From a virus (lineage: Duplodnaviria; Caudoviricetes), in IMG/VR virus record IMGVR_UViG_3300046739_000187, positions 1 through 43,724 of that record: 43,724 nucleotides of DNA. One strand, 5' to 3'. A program made the translations under genes and the position numbers. Numbering within the stretch: position 1 is the first letter of the stretch; each line of letters begins with the position of its first letter. Of the stretch, positions 1 to 8,063 are shown one piece after another. The notes beneath the pieces are model-generated. The model had not been told where the DNA came from, ran no database searches, and was given only the letters and a program-made list of their open reading frames with translations.

Positions 1-25
1 CCGTGCTCGTTGCCCCGCCGGTCCG

Positions 26-271
26 TCATCGCTTCACCGCCACAACCAGCGCCACGACGACACCGGCCAGGACGGCCAGGCCCACCAGGACATGCTTGAG
101 TGCCTTGACGTGCTGGTTTACGGAGTTCCTGAACAGGCCCTTGATGGACGCGACGGTGGCCTTGTAGTCCCGCCACGACCGCTGCGCCCGCGCTACCGCC
201 TTACCTGTGCGGTAGGCGAGCCACCAGCCACCAGCCAGGCCGGCGAGCAGGATCAAAAGCTTCCCAGTCAC
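26..271 (-). CDS. Small two-TM membrane protein, translationally coupled downstream of the FtsK-like gene (possible Spd-type accessory)
   Basis: 81 aa with hydrophobic N- and C-terminal segments; 4-nt overlap with the stop of 268..1743. Confidence 0.75.
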   Translation of the reverse strand: MTGKLLILLAGLAGGWWLAYRTGKAVARAQRSWRDYKATVASIKGLFRNSVNQHVKALKHVLVGLAVLAGVVVALVVAVKR

Positions 272-1743
272 TGTTCCTCACCGCCCCGAGCACGCAGCCG
301 CACGGTCATGGCCTTGATGTCGCGGACCAGGTGCCGACGCTCGGCGTCCGATGGCATGGCTGCCCGGTACTTCTCCACCAACCCCACCTGGTTGCGCTGC
401 CAACCGATACCCGCGTTCGCCCTAGTCGGGGGCAGGTCGTGCGCCGGGTGCGCCTTCCACGCGCCAGAGCCCAGGATCATGTCGACCAGCTCAGTCTCCG
501 TCGGCCCCACCCGCAGGCACGTCGCGTAGTCGAACAAGCCCCGGATCGGGCCGATCACGTTCTTCTCACCCAACTGCGACAGGGCGACCGCAGTGAAACC
601 GGCGGAGCGGCAGGTGGACAGGAACACCATGAACGCGTCGGAGGCCTTGATGGACTGGCCTTCCCACTTCACCTTCGCCGTACCAGCACCGAACGCCAAC
701 GCGGTCAGCAGCTCGTCAACAATCATCAGGTCGAGGGGGAACTCGTCGGTGAACGTCTTCAGGTCCCGGATTTTCCGGGCCCGCAGCGCAGTCTGACGGG
801 CACCCATCGCCCGGCCGATCCCCTCCAGGAACGCGCCCCACTTGGTCGGGTTCCGCTCGTACTGCCAGGCCGCGTCGGCGAGCTCAACGAACTCCTGCCC
901 GCCCTTCGGGTCGAACACCCGCAGCCGGAACGGCACCCCGGCGTCGGCGAGGGCCTTGAGGATCGCCCACACCTCCGTCGACTTCCCGGAGCCTTTCGCC
1001 CCGATGATGAGGTTCGGCAGGCGGAGGTCTTTCTCGACCGGTTCGCCGTCGGAGTTCAGGCCGATGACGACCGAGGTCTGTGCCTTGGATTGCGACGGGG
1101 GGAGCTGGGCGAAGTCGATGGGGTGGCGGAATGGGTCATCCCACATGAGATCAATTCGTGTTTGTGAGCCTTGTGGGTAGATTTTCACCTCACGGCAGCG
1201 GAAGCCGTGCTGCAACTTGTCGGCCTGCGCACGGAACGCCCCCGGACCCGCCGAGACGGAGGAACCGTCAACCAGCACCGACACCCCCAAGGCCGTCCTG
1301 CGGATCCGACGGACCCTCGGCATGCGCTTCACCTGACCGCCGTCGGTCGCAGCTTTCGCCAGGCCCACATCTGTCATGACGGTGACCCAGCGTCGCTTCA
1401 CCAGACGGCGACGCTTCCGGTATTTGGCTACGTCGAGTAGGCTCGGCTCGCCTTCCGGTGAGCCGGCGCCACCAAAGTGGCCCAACCCGGCGGCAAAGCC
1501 GTAGGTGAAAATGACGCCAGCCACCTCACTCAGAGTGGCTGGCGTTGCTGCTACCACGGCGCCGGTGAGCGCTGCCGCGGTCTTCGGCCAGCGAACGACC
1601 AGGCGGGCCGGGTACCGGCCGACGCGTTCCACCGCCCCGGCACCCCGAGCGACCGTGCGCAGCACGCCAACTACAGCCGCCCCCCGCCCCGGGCTGGGGG
1701 GTGTGGGGGGCGCGGCTGCGGGCCGGGCGTCGACCTGCGTCAT
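268..1743 (-). CDS. FtsK/SpoIIIE-family ATPase, TraB-like DNA translocase of actinomycete plasmids/AICEs
   Basis: N-terminal hydrophobic segments; Walker A LIIGAKGSGKST; FDPKGG motif; Walker B LMIVDE; CRSAG..ALSQ motif typical of the FtsK/HerA fold. Confidence 0.88.
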   Translation of the reverse strand: MTQVDARPAAAPPTPPSPGRGAAVVGVLRTVARGAGAVERVGRYPARLVVRWPKTAAALTGAVVAATPATLSEVAGVIFTYGFAAGLGHFGGAGSPEGEPSLLDVAKYRKRRRLVKRRWVTVMTDVGLAKAATDGGQVKRMPRVRRIRRTALGVSVLVDGSSVSAGPGAFRAQADKLQHGFRCREVKIYPQGSQTRIDLMWDDPFRHPIDFAQLPPSQSKAQTSVVIGLNSDGEPVEKDLRLPNLIIGAKGSGKSTEVWAILKALADAGVPFRLRVFDPKGGQEFVELADAAWQYERNPTKWGAFLEGIGRAMGARQTALRARKIRDLKTFTDEFPLDLMIVDELLTALAFGAGTAKVKWEGQSIKASDAFMVFLSTCRSAGFTAVALSQLGEKNVIGPIRGLFDYATCLRVGPTETELVDMILGSGAWKAHPAHDLPPTRANAGIGWQRNQVGLVEKYRAAMPSDAERRHLVRDIKAMTVRLRARGGEEQ

Positions 1744-1830
1744 GCTGATGACCTCCTGCGGTCTTGTGGCTGGTTGGGAGCCCGGGCGCGGCCTGCTTGT
1801 CTAGGGCGTACGGCCGCGCCCGGGGCGGAA

Positions 1831-2187
1831 CTAGCTGCGCTTGTACTCGTCGCCAGCGGCCCGGTAGTCCAGGGCCCGCTGCGCGTCCGCCGCAGCGAGA
1901 TGGGCTTGGCGGACCGCGTTGCCGCCCTTCATCTGCCGAATCGCCTCGGCCGCCTTGTCCCGCTTGGCGTCAGCCACCGCCCGGGCCTGCCGGTACTCCC
2001 GCTCGGCGTCGGCGTCGGCCTTGGCCAAGGAGTCGAAGATCCCCAGGGTCTTCGGGTCGGTGACCCGGCGGCCATCCTGGTCGAGCGGCCCGGTGTACCC
2101 GGATGCCCGCTCGTCAAAGAACCGCTTATCAGCCGGCGTCTCCGGCTTGCCGTCCATCCGGCGCGACTTGCTCACGTTGATCTCCAT
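1831..2187 (-). CDS. Hypothetical helical protein
   Basis: 118-aa ORF with GC3-rich codons, co-oriented in the transfer-like operon; shares VRQAHLAAAxAQ with its neighbour. Confidence 0.7.
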   Translation of the reverse strand: MEINVSKSRRMDGKPETPADKRFFDERASGYTGPLDQDGRRVTDPKTLGIFDSLAKADADAEREYRQARAVADAKRDKAAEAIRQMKGGNAVRQAHLAAADAQRALDYRAAGDEYKRS

Positions 2188-2201
2188 TTCTGCTGGTGGG
2201 G

Positions 2202-2459
2202 CTACTGCTGATAGCCGGCGTCGTAACGTGCCGACGCCTCCCGAGCGGCATCAAGGTCCAGCCGCAGTTGCGCGCCGGCCGCGGCGAGGTGCGCCTGTCG
2301 CACGGTGTCGACGCCGGCCAACTCCAACGCCTCACGGCGGGCCTCGTTGTACTTCTTCTCGGCCTCCCGCTTCATACGCTGCCCCGCGTCGGGACTGCTG
2401 CCCGCGTCGTCGTCCTGGTCGGACAGAGCGGCGATGAGGCGTCCGATAAGGCCTCTCAC
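2202..2459 (-). CDS. Hypothetical helical protein, partial paralog of 1831..2187
   Basis: 85 aa; shared motif VRQAHLAAAxAQxxLD. Confidence 0.65.
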   Translation of the reverse strand: MRGLIGRLIAALSDQDDDAGSSPDAGQRMKREAEKKYNEARREALELAGVDTVRQAHLAAAGAQLRLDLDAAREASARYDAGYQQ

Positions 2460-2741
2460 CTGCGCATTCCCTTCGGTGGTGGTGGTCCCGGCCTCGGCGG
2501 CCGGTTTGGGTCGATCGGCTGGACGTCACGCACCCGGCTCACCCGTCCTGCGGCTGCGACGCCCCCGGATCGGGCGCACCGTCACCCAACGGTCTGGCCG
2601 ATGCCCAGGCCTTGTTGTCGCGACCGGTCGGCCCTGCGGGGCCGGTTTCCGTTTGCGACGGCCGGGCCGCTGCATGTTCGTGTTCACTGCGCTCCTTACG
2701 TCTGGCCGGTCGCGGCGGCGGCGTCGGTGTGGTCGGTCGGC

Positions 2742-3725
2742 TCACGCGTTTGCGTCCTCCAGTTCTCGATCGGCGGGTACGTCCTCGTCGACGTCCCCAG
2801 GTACGTTTGGCGGGTCTCCGGCGCGGTGCATGCCGGCCTGCTTGAGGAGCTTCACCGCGCGCGGCTGGCCGCAGTTGAACTGCTCCTGGACGTACCCGAC
2901 GGCTACCGTGCCGTCCCGGCGGATGGGTACGTCCGCGCCGTCGCGGAGGACCGCGAGGATCTGCTGGTCGCTCCACACGCGACGCCGGGCCGGCTTCGGG
3001 GCGGCGGGTACGTTCTCCGGGGTCGGCGCAGGCGTACCCGCTTCGATCGCCGGGAGGGTCGAGGCCATCGCGGCGAGCATGAACGGCTCCACGTCGAAGT
3101 CGACCGGCGCGGCCGGGGTGGCGGGTACGTGGGCCGGGGTCGGCTCGGGTACGTCCACGCGGGTGGCCGGCAGGCCGGGGGCGCGCACCCCGGACCGGGC
3201 GACCGCCTCAGCCGGGGTGACGATGCCGTGCCACACCGCGACCCGGAACGCCTTGATCGTGCGCACCGGGAACAGCAGCCAACGCAGCAACGCGAACCGC
3301 ACGGCGCGGGGGTCGATCTGGCCGAGTTCCCGCAGTCGGGCGCGGTTCATGGAGCGGGACCGGATCGCCCACAGCCACGGTGAGATCGAGCTGAGCGCGG
3401 CGAAGGTCACGGCGAGCGGGGTGGGCCGGTACGCCGGCCCGGCGAAGTGCGCGTAGTTCAGCACGCCGGCGAGTAGGCCGATGAGGTAGGAGCCGGCGCG
3501 CAGTCGGGCGGAGGCGTCGCCGGCCATGAGCGCGGCGTGGGCCTCGAACGCCAGGTACACGCCGATCGACTCGACGGCTGCGGCGAACAGCGCGGCGATG
3601 ACCCAGTGGTGGACGAGGTGGTCGTAGGCCCAGCCGGCTTGTCCGTAGACGGCGGCGGTGTTGACGAGGACGAGGGGCAGCAGCAGCGGGAGGGTGCGCG
3701 CCCAGGCTCGGGAAGTCATGACCAT
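2742..3725 (-). CDS. DUF2637/SpdA-like membrane protein (plasmid spread family) with C-terminal HTH-like segment
   Basis: Four N-terminal TM helices (AAVYGQ..W, AAVESIG, GVLNYAH), Pro/Ala linker, C-terminal VGYVQEQFNCGQPRAVKLL. Confidence 0.7.
   Translation of the reverse strand: MVMTSRAWARTLPLLLPLVLVNTAAVYGQAGWAYDHLVHHWVIAALFAAAVESIGVYLAFEAHAALMAGDASARLRAGSYLIGLLAGVLNYAHFAGPAYRPTPLAVTFAALSSISPWLWAIRSRSMNRARLRELGQIDPRAVRFALLRWLLFPVRTIKAFRVAVWHGIVTPAEAVARSGVRAPGLPATRVDVPEPTPAHVPATPAAPVDFDVEPFMLAAMASTLPAIEAGTPAPTPENVPAAPKPARRRVWSDQQILAVLRDGADVPIRRDGTVAVGYVQEQFNCGQPRAVKLLKQAGMHRAGDPPNVPGDVDEDVPADRELEDANA
2775..3154. repeat. Cluster of GGGTACGT octamers (candidate clt/TRS transfer-recognition locus)
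   Basis: Exact copies at 2775, 2925, 3006, 3123, 3147; inverted copy at 2890; one-mismatch copies at 2799 and 3032 (inverted). Confidence 0.6.
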
Positions 3726-3730
3726 GAGTA

Positions 3731-3811
3731 TGCCACACTTCCATTACTTGCAACACTCGCCACAGTAGGGGATTCTCATGGAGCGGCGTGATTCACACTC
3801 AATGCCACGCT
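3731..3811. promoter_or_regulatory. Divergent promoter region with imperfect 9-bp repeats (candidate operators)
   Basis: TGCCACACT 3731, TGCAACACT 3749, CGCCACAGT 3758, TTCACACT 3792, TGCCACGCT 3803 in an AT-richer gap between divergent genes. Confidence 0.45.
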
Positions 3812-3854
3812 CGCTAGGATCACCGCAGTCACCACACCCCGAAGAGGAGAGCGA

Positions 3855-4100
3855 GTGTCGATCCACGACCGCGCAGCCCGAAAGCTCGCGGCAGGCGAAT
3901 GGCTCTCCACTGGCGAGGCGGCCGCCCTGCTCCGCGTCGACAAAACGACCGTGATCCGCATGGCGAAGGCCGACCCACCCGAAATCGTCTCGGAGATCAA
4001 ACCGGGGATCGGCCGGTACCGACTGATCAACCCGGCCGATGTGCGTCGCCTACTCGACGAGTCCCGGCGCGTACACGGCGGTGAAGGGGAGCAGCCGTGA
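3855..4100 (+). CDS. HTH_17/MerR-like DNA-binding protein (putative regulator of the transfer-like operon)
   Basis: WLSTGEAAALLRVDKTTVIRM HTH and GRYRLI wing; GAGGAG RBS. Confidence 0.8.
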   Translation: MSIHDRAARKLAAGEWLSTGEAAALLRVDKTTVIRMAKADPPEIVSEIKPGIGRYRLINPADVRRLLDESRRVHGGEGEQP

Positions 4101-4540
4101 ACGACCTGGTGAACTGGCTCCGCGCGCAGCTCGATGAAGATGCGCAGGTGGCGCTGGAGGTCAGTGGCAGCGGCAGGTGGTGTGCCTACGAAGAGTGCGA
4201 CGCCGACGGCTGGACGGTTGAGGATTCCATTGGGGACCTGTCCGCCACCATCGGCGACCAGGCGATGGCCTGGCACATAGCCATCCACGACCCGGCCCGC
4301 GTGCTCGCCGAGGTGGAAGCGAAGCAGCGGATCCTGAGGATCCACGAGGGACGCCACGAATGCCGTAGCACCTGGCCGCCTGACGCTGCTCTCGGCGAGG
4401 TCGAGTGGACGTACGGCGAGCGGGAGTATGAGGCCGACGAGCCGTGTCCGACCCTGCGCCTGCTCGCCCTGCCCTGCGCCGCCCGGCCCGGCTACCGGCC
4501 CGAGTGGGCGCCGGACGGTCAGGCCCCCTCAGACTCCTGA
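4097..4540 (+). CDS. DUF6221-like actinophage protein (copy 1)
   Basis: HDPARVLAEVEAKQRIL...CPTLRLLALP..RPGYRPEW signature. Confidence 0.8.
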   Translation: MNDLVNWLRAQLDEDAQVALEVSGSGRWCAYEECDADGWTVEDSIGDLSATIGDQAMAWHIAIHDPARVLAEVEAKQRILRIHEGRHECRSTWPPDAALGEVEWTYGEREYEADEPCPTLRLLALPCAARPGYRPEWAPDGQAPSDS

Positions 4541-4897
4541 CCGTCCGGCCCAGCCCCGGCCGCCGCGCCCTCCGCGGGCCAGTTCCACGCCGCCCCGCCG
4601 AGCAGCCGGCGCAACACCTTCCAGCGGCGCACCGTCGCGCGTTCCTCTTCCGGGGTCATCGGGTCAGCGTCCCACGCAACGCGGCCGGTCGCTACGGGCC
4701 GATCGGGGGGCGTGCAATTTGCATAGCTGCTGCCTCGCTGGGCAGCTCTGCCCGGTTTGTAAACCAATCCTCGGTGAACTTTCGGTTACTGACCGGCAGC
4801 CAACCGGTAACGAAACGGCCTGAACAGGCTATGAATCATGTATTCACGTACCGTTACGTTTCTGTAACTGGTTCGCAGGCCGGAGAGGAAAACGCGC

Positions 4898-5227
4898 ATG
4901 GACAACGAAGTACCAGATGGCGTAACCGATCAGAATGGCGTAACCGATCAGACCATGTCAGCAGGCTGGCTTGGCGCGGTGTCCGGCGGGGCCGCGATAG
5001 CCGCATGGGTGATCACCTGCACGATCGGCGCGAGCGAGGTAGGTAGCCCACTCAAGGGCGAGTTCGGGGTGTCCGCCGCGGCCGCCGCGGTCCTCACCGC
5101 GGCGGCGGCCGCCGTGAAGGCCCGCTCCGCTCTGCGCGAATTCGCCGAGGGTGTTCGGCAGGTACACCACGCCGCGCGGTGGGCGGGGTACCGGGACGGC
5201 GCCGCCGACTTCAAGACCGATTACTGA
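4898..5227 (+). CDS. Small two-TM membrane protein
   Basis: GGAGAGG RBS, two hydrophobic helices; in-frame 18-bp tandem repeat near the start. Confidence 0.6.
   Translation: MDNEVPDGVTDQNGVTDQTMSAGWLGAVSGGAAIAAWVITCTIGASEVGSPLKGEFGVSAAAAAVLTAAAAAVKARSALREFAEGVRQVHHAARWAGYRDGAADFKTDY
4917..4952 (+). repeat. 18-bp perfect tandem duplication ATGGCGTAACCGATCAGA x2
   Basis: Read directly: 4917-4934 and 4935-4952. Confidence 0.85.
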
Positions 5228-5345
5228 CCGTGCGCAAGATCATGGGTGTACCGAGTGGGTGTACTGCATCACTCCGCACCGGCCGGCATTGATCACCAAA
5301 ACCGGCCCTGAGCAGGGCTTTGCGGAACCCTGCACGATCGGTCGC

Positions 5346-5392
5346 CGCACTCGTAATGCGTAGGCCCCGAGTTCGAATCTCGGAGGCGGCTC
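5346..5392 (+). other. att core: 3' half of tRNA-Thr(CGT), not a complete tRNA
   Basis: Anticodon arm CGCA-CTCGTAA-TGCG, T-arm CCGAG-TTCGAAT-CTCGG, acceptor 3' strand AGGCGGC-T; no D-arm or 5' acceptor strand upstream. Confidence 0.85.
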
Positions 5393-5397
5393 GGCAA

Positions 5398-5449
5398 CGT
5401 AGATGGCCCCTGGCCTGGGAAAACTCCCAGGTACCAGGGGCCATCTACG
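5398..5449. terminator. Long hairpin next to the att core (terminator for the reconstituted tRNA and/or int)
   Basis: CGTAGATGGCCCCTGG pairs with CCAGGGGCCATCTACG; inner stem CCTGGGA/TCCCAGG. Confidence 0.75.
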
Positions 5450-5485
5450 CATTCCGTCAAGATCAAGGGTGTAAGAGTGGGTGTA

Positions 5486-6697
5486 CTACCCCTCGCCGAA
5501 CAACGCCCGACCAACCCCATCCGTACCGTCACGCATCAACTCCGTCACGGCGTGGGCGTAACCGCGCGTAGTCCTCACGTCCGTGTGGCCGAGAATGTCG
5601 GCGATATCCTCCAGCTTCGTGCCGTGCGCCCGCAGCAGAGTCCCGGCCGTGTGCCGCGCATCGTGCAACCGGACATGCCGCACCCCCGCCGCCTGGAGCA
5701 GCGCCACCCAATCGGCATGGTCGCGGCGCGGGTCGATCGGCCGACCGTTCGGCTGGGCGAACACGAAGTCGCCCTCCTCCCACCAGTCGGCCGCCGCCAG
5801 CCGCTCGGCAATCTGCGCCTTGCGGTGCGCCCGCAACCGGGTACACAGCGGTTTGGGGATCGGTACGGTACGGTCCCCGGACTTCGGATCAACGATCTGT
5901 AGCCCGCCCGGGCCGCGGTCGGGGCAGTCCGCGCCGCGCTTGCGCCCGCACGGCCAGCCGCTCGGCGACTCCGCACCGCAGCCGTGCTCGTAGATCCGCC
6001 GCCGCAGCTGCTTCGGGATGTGCAGCTCGCCGGCCACCAGATCGACCTGTGCCCACCGGAGCCCGAGCGCTTCACCCTGCCGCAGGCCGAGCGCCAGCGC
6101 GACCGACCAGCGAGCCCCATTGCGGGTGCCTTCGGCAGCGGCGAGTACCTGTAGGGCCTCCGCCTCGGTGAGGTGGTTCATCTTGGGGGACTTCCCGGAC
6201 GGCGGGTCGATCAGCTTCGCCACGTTCCGGGCCACCAGACCACGCCGCAGCGCGATCTCCAACGCCCGGGCGAGGATCCGGTGCACCTTGAGCTGGTGGC
6301 TGGACGCCTTCCCGGCCCGCTCCATCGCCAGGTACAGCGCGTCCAACTGGGCGGGCGTCAGCCTGTCCAGCCGGGTCTTACCCAGGTGCGGGAAGATCCA
6401 GTTCCGGCACTTCGAGCGGTAGTCGTACAGGGTCGACGGCCGGCACTTCCGTGGCGCGACGTCGGCGAGGTAGGTCTCCAGCCAGCTCTGCACGGTCACC
6501 GCCCGGCCAGCCTTCACCACGGCGGCGGCGCGGCGCTGCGACAGCAACTCGTCGACGCGCTCGACCACCTGGTCGTGGGTGGCGCGTTTGACGTGCCGCT
6601 GGTCGGGACGGCCGTTGGGTTTGGTGCCCACGGTGACCCAGGCGTGGAAGTACCCATCCTCGCCCGTTTTGATCGTGGGATACGGGGAACGAGGCAT
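5486..6697 (-). CDS. int: Tyrosine integrase
   Basis: Catalytic set R (GLRQGE), K (PKSG), HxxR (LHDARH), H (ILGH), Y (RGYAH); N-terminal arm-binding and SAM-like domains. Confidence 0.95.
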   Translation of the reverse strand: MPRSPYPTIKTGEDGYFHAWVTVGTKPNGRPDQRHVKRATHDQVVERVDELLSQRRAAAVVKAGRAVTVQSWLETYLADVAPRKCRPSTLYDYRSKCRNWIFPHLGKTRLDRLTPAQLDALYLAMERAGKASSHQLKVHRILARALEIALRRGLVARNVAKLIDPPSGKSPKMNHLTEAEALQVLAAAEGTRNGARWSVALALGLRQGEALGLRWAQVDLVAGELHIPKQLRRRIYEHGCGAESPSGWPCGRKRGADCPDRGPGGLQIVDPKSGDRTVPIPKPLCTRLRAHRKAQIAERLAAADWWEEGDFVFAQPNGRPIDPRRDHADWVALLQAAGVRHVRLHDARHTAGTLLRAHGTKLEDIADILGHTDVRTTRGYAHAVTELMRDGTDGVGRALFGEG

Positions 6698-6705
6698 CTG
6701 ATCTC

Positions 6706-7101
6706 CTACCGGGTAGGTCGACCGCCGATGAGGCGCAGCGTGGCGCGCACCTGCTGCTTATGCTCCTCGGAGACTCCGGGGTCGGCGAGCACGCGCAGGA
6801 TCGGCATAACGTCAGGATCGATGATCGGTTCGGTAGGCGCCGGCCGGTCGTCGGCACTCCAGCCCAGCGCGCTGTAGGCGATATCTACGGGGACGTCGAG
6901 CCCCTCACAGAACGCCTTGACCTGGCTGGCGCGGGGGTCCTTGTTCCAGTCGCCGTCGCGCCACCTGTAGAAGGTGGCCTTGCTGACGCCGGTCCGTTCC
7001 TCGATGACAGGGACGGTGATGCCCCGGTTGCGCGCGTCGTCCATCACTCGGCGGACGAACTTGCCGAACCGGTCGCGGCGCACAGCAAGGGCGACGGTCA
7101 C
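6706..7101 (-). CDS. XRE-family HTH immunity repressor (ORF can extend to 7221)
   Basis: ITVPVIEERTGVSKATFYRWRDG...PRASQVKAFCEGL; upstream of int and divergent from Xis/Cro. Confidence 0.82.
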   Translation of the reverse strand: MTVALAVRRDRFGKFVRRVMDDARNRGITVPVIEERTGVSKATFYRWRDGDWNKDPRASQVKAFCEGLDVPVDIAYSALGWSADDRPAPTEPIIDPDVMPILRVLADPGVSEEHKQQVRATLRLIGGRPTR

Positions 7102-7320
7102 GTGCCCACGATAAGAGCCGGACTCGGGACGTCGTTCCCAATCTTGGGGAACTTCCCTCTTTCGGGACTGTGGGGGACGCGCTGTGTCGCGAGCGCGGGT
7201 TCTTCCTGCAATGAGCTGCACGGGTTCACAGTACAGGGGAAGTGATCAGCAGATAACACTAGCCGAAAGTATGGGGCTTTCCCCTATTCGGGAAGGGCTC
7301 CACGGCGGTACGGTACTCCC

Positions 7321-7560
7321 GTGATTAAGAAGAACAAGGTCGACAGTACCGAGATCGGGAAGCCCGGCTCTCCCCCGAAAAGGCTGCTCTACCCGGTCCC
7401 CGAAGTCGCAATCCTCCTCGGCGTCGGCGACCGCACCGTCTGGTCGTACGTCGATTCCGGCGAACTCCGCTCGGTCAAGCTCGGCCGACGGCGCCTCGTC
7501 CCCGTCGACGCCATCACCCAGTTCCTCGCCAAGCTCAACGTCGAAGTGTCGGCAGCATGA
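7321..7560 (+). CDS. Excisionase/Cro-like HTH_17 protein
   Basis: LLYPVPEVAILLGVGDRTVWSYVDSGELRSVKLGRRRLVP is a typical Xis-like signature. Confidence 0.85.
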   Translation: MIKKNKVDSTEIGKPGSPPKRLLYPVPEVAILLGVGDRTVWSYVDSGELRSVKLGRRRLVPVDAITQFLAKLNVEVSAA

Positions 7561-7775
7561 GCGCCCTGCTGTACAAGACACGCACCGTCTCCATCCCCGA
7601 CGTCCTGGTCGTCCGCATCGACACCCACCGGATCACCGGCGCCCACCGCTACGCCATCTCCCCAGCCTCGAGTGACCAGCCCCACTTCGTCACCGTCGAC
7701 GCCCGCACCGCAGACGCGGCGCAGTGGTGGACCCGCGACCAGGCACTCGCGCTGCTCGGCGGTACACCGTGTTGA
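7557..7775 (+). CDS. Hypothetical protein
   Basis: ATGA overlap with the previous gene, GC3-rich codons. Confidence 0.7.
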   Translation: MSALLYKTRTVSIPDVLVVRIDTHRITGAHRYAISPASSDQPHFVTVDARTADAAQWWTRDQALALLGGTPC

Positions 7776-7942
7776 GCACCTGCCGGAACTGCCGCCGCCC
7801 GATCGCCTGGCTACCAGGCGTGGGCTGGATCCACGGCGCGCTACCCCAGTACGCGCACGAACCGATCACCTGCGAAAACGCACACCCCGCCGAGTGTGAC
7901 CACCGCACCGGCGCCCCGTGCCCCCGCGAGGTCGCCCCCTAG
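7769..7942 (+). CDS. Small Cys/His-rich hypothetical protein
   Basis: CRNC..W..W.H...C...H...C; overlaps the previous stop. Confidence 0.55.
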   Translation: MLSTCRNCRRPIAWLPGVGWIHGALPQYAHEPITCENAHPAECDHRTGAPCPREVAP

Positions 7943-8063
7943 AGAGTCCGCTCCCGCCGTGCTTGCCGTTCGGGGCCGCGGCGGGAGCGGAGCAACCCCC
8001 CAGCCACAAGAACCAGGCCCCAGCGATATCAGCGCTGAGGCCCGAGCGAACGGAGAGTTCGGA

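Larger units (their letters stand above)
5235..5487. other. Phage attachment site attP (core plus flanking arm-type repeats)
   Basis: Near-identical blocks CAAGATCA(T/A)GGGTGTA..GAGTGGGTGTACT at 5235-5265 and 5458-5487 flank a half-tRNA core, directly downstream of the integrase. Confidence 0.82.

Noticed and set aside
2460-2745. Small minus-strand ORFs between the DUF2637-like gene and 2202..2459
   Set aside because: Two competing short Arg/Pro-rich frames; I cannot tell which, if either, is real
2196-3456. Long plus-strand ORFs (395 and 383 aa)
   Set aside because: Antisense shadows of the minus-strand operon, expected in high-GC DNA
5346-5392. Functional tRNA-Thr gene
   Set aside because: Only the anticodon arm, T-arm and 3' acceptor strand are present; this fits an att core
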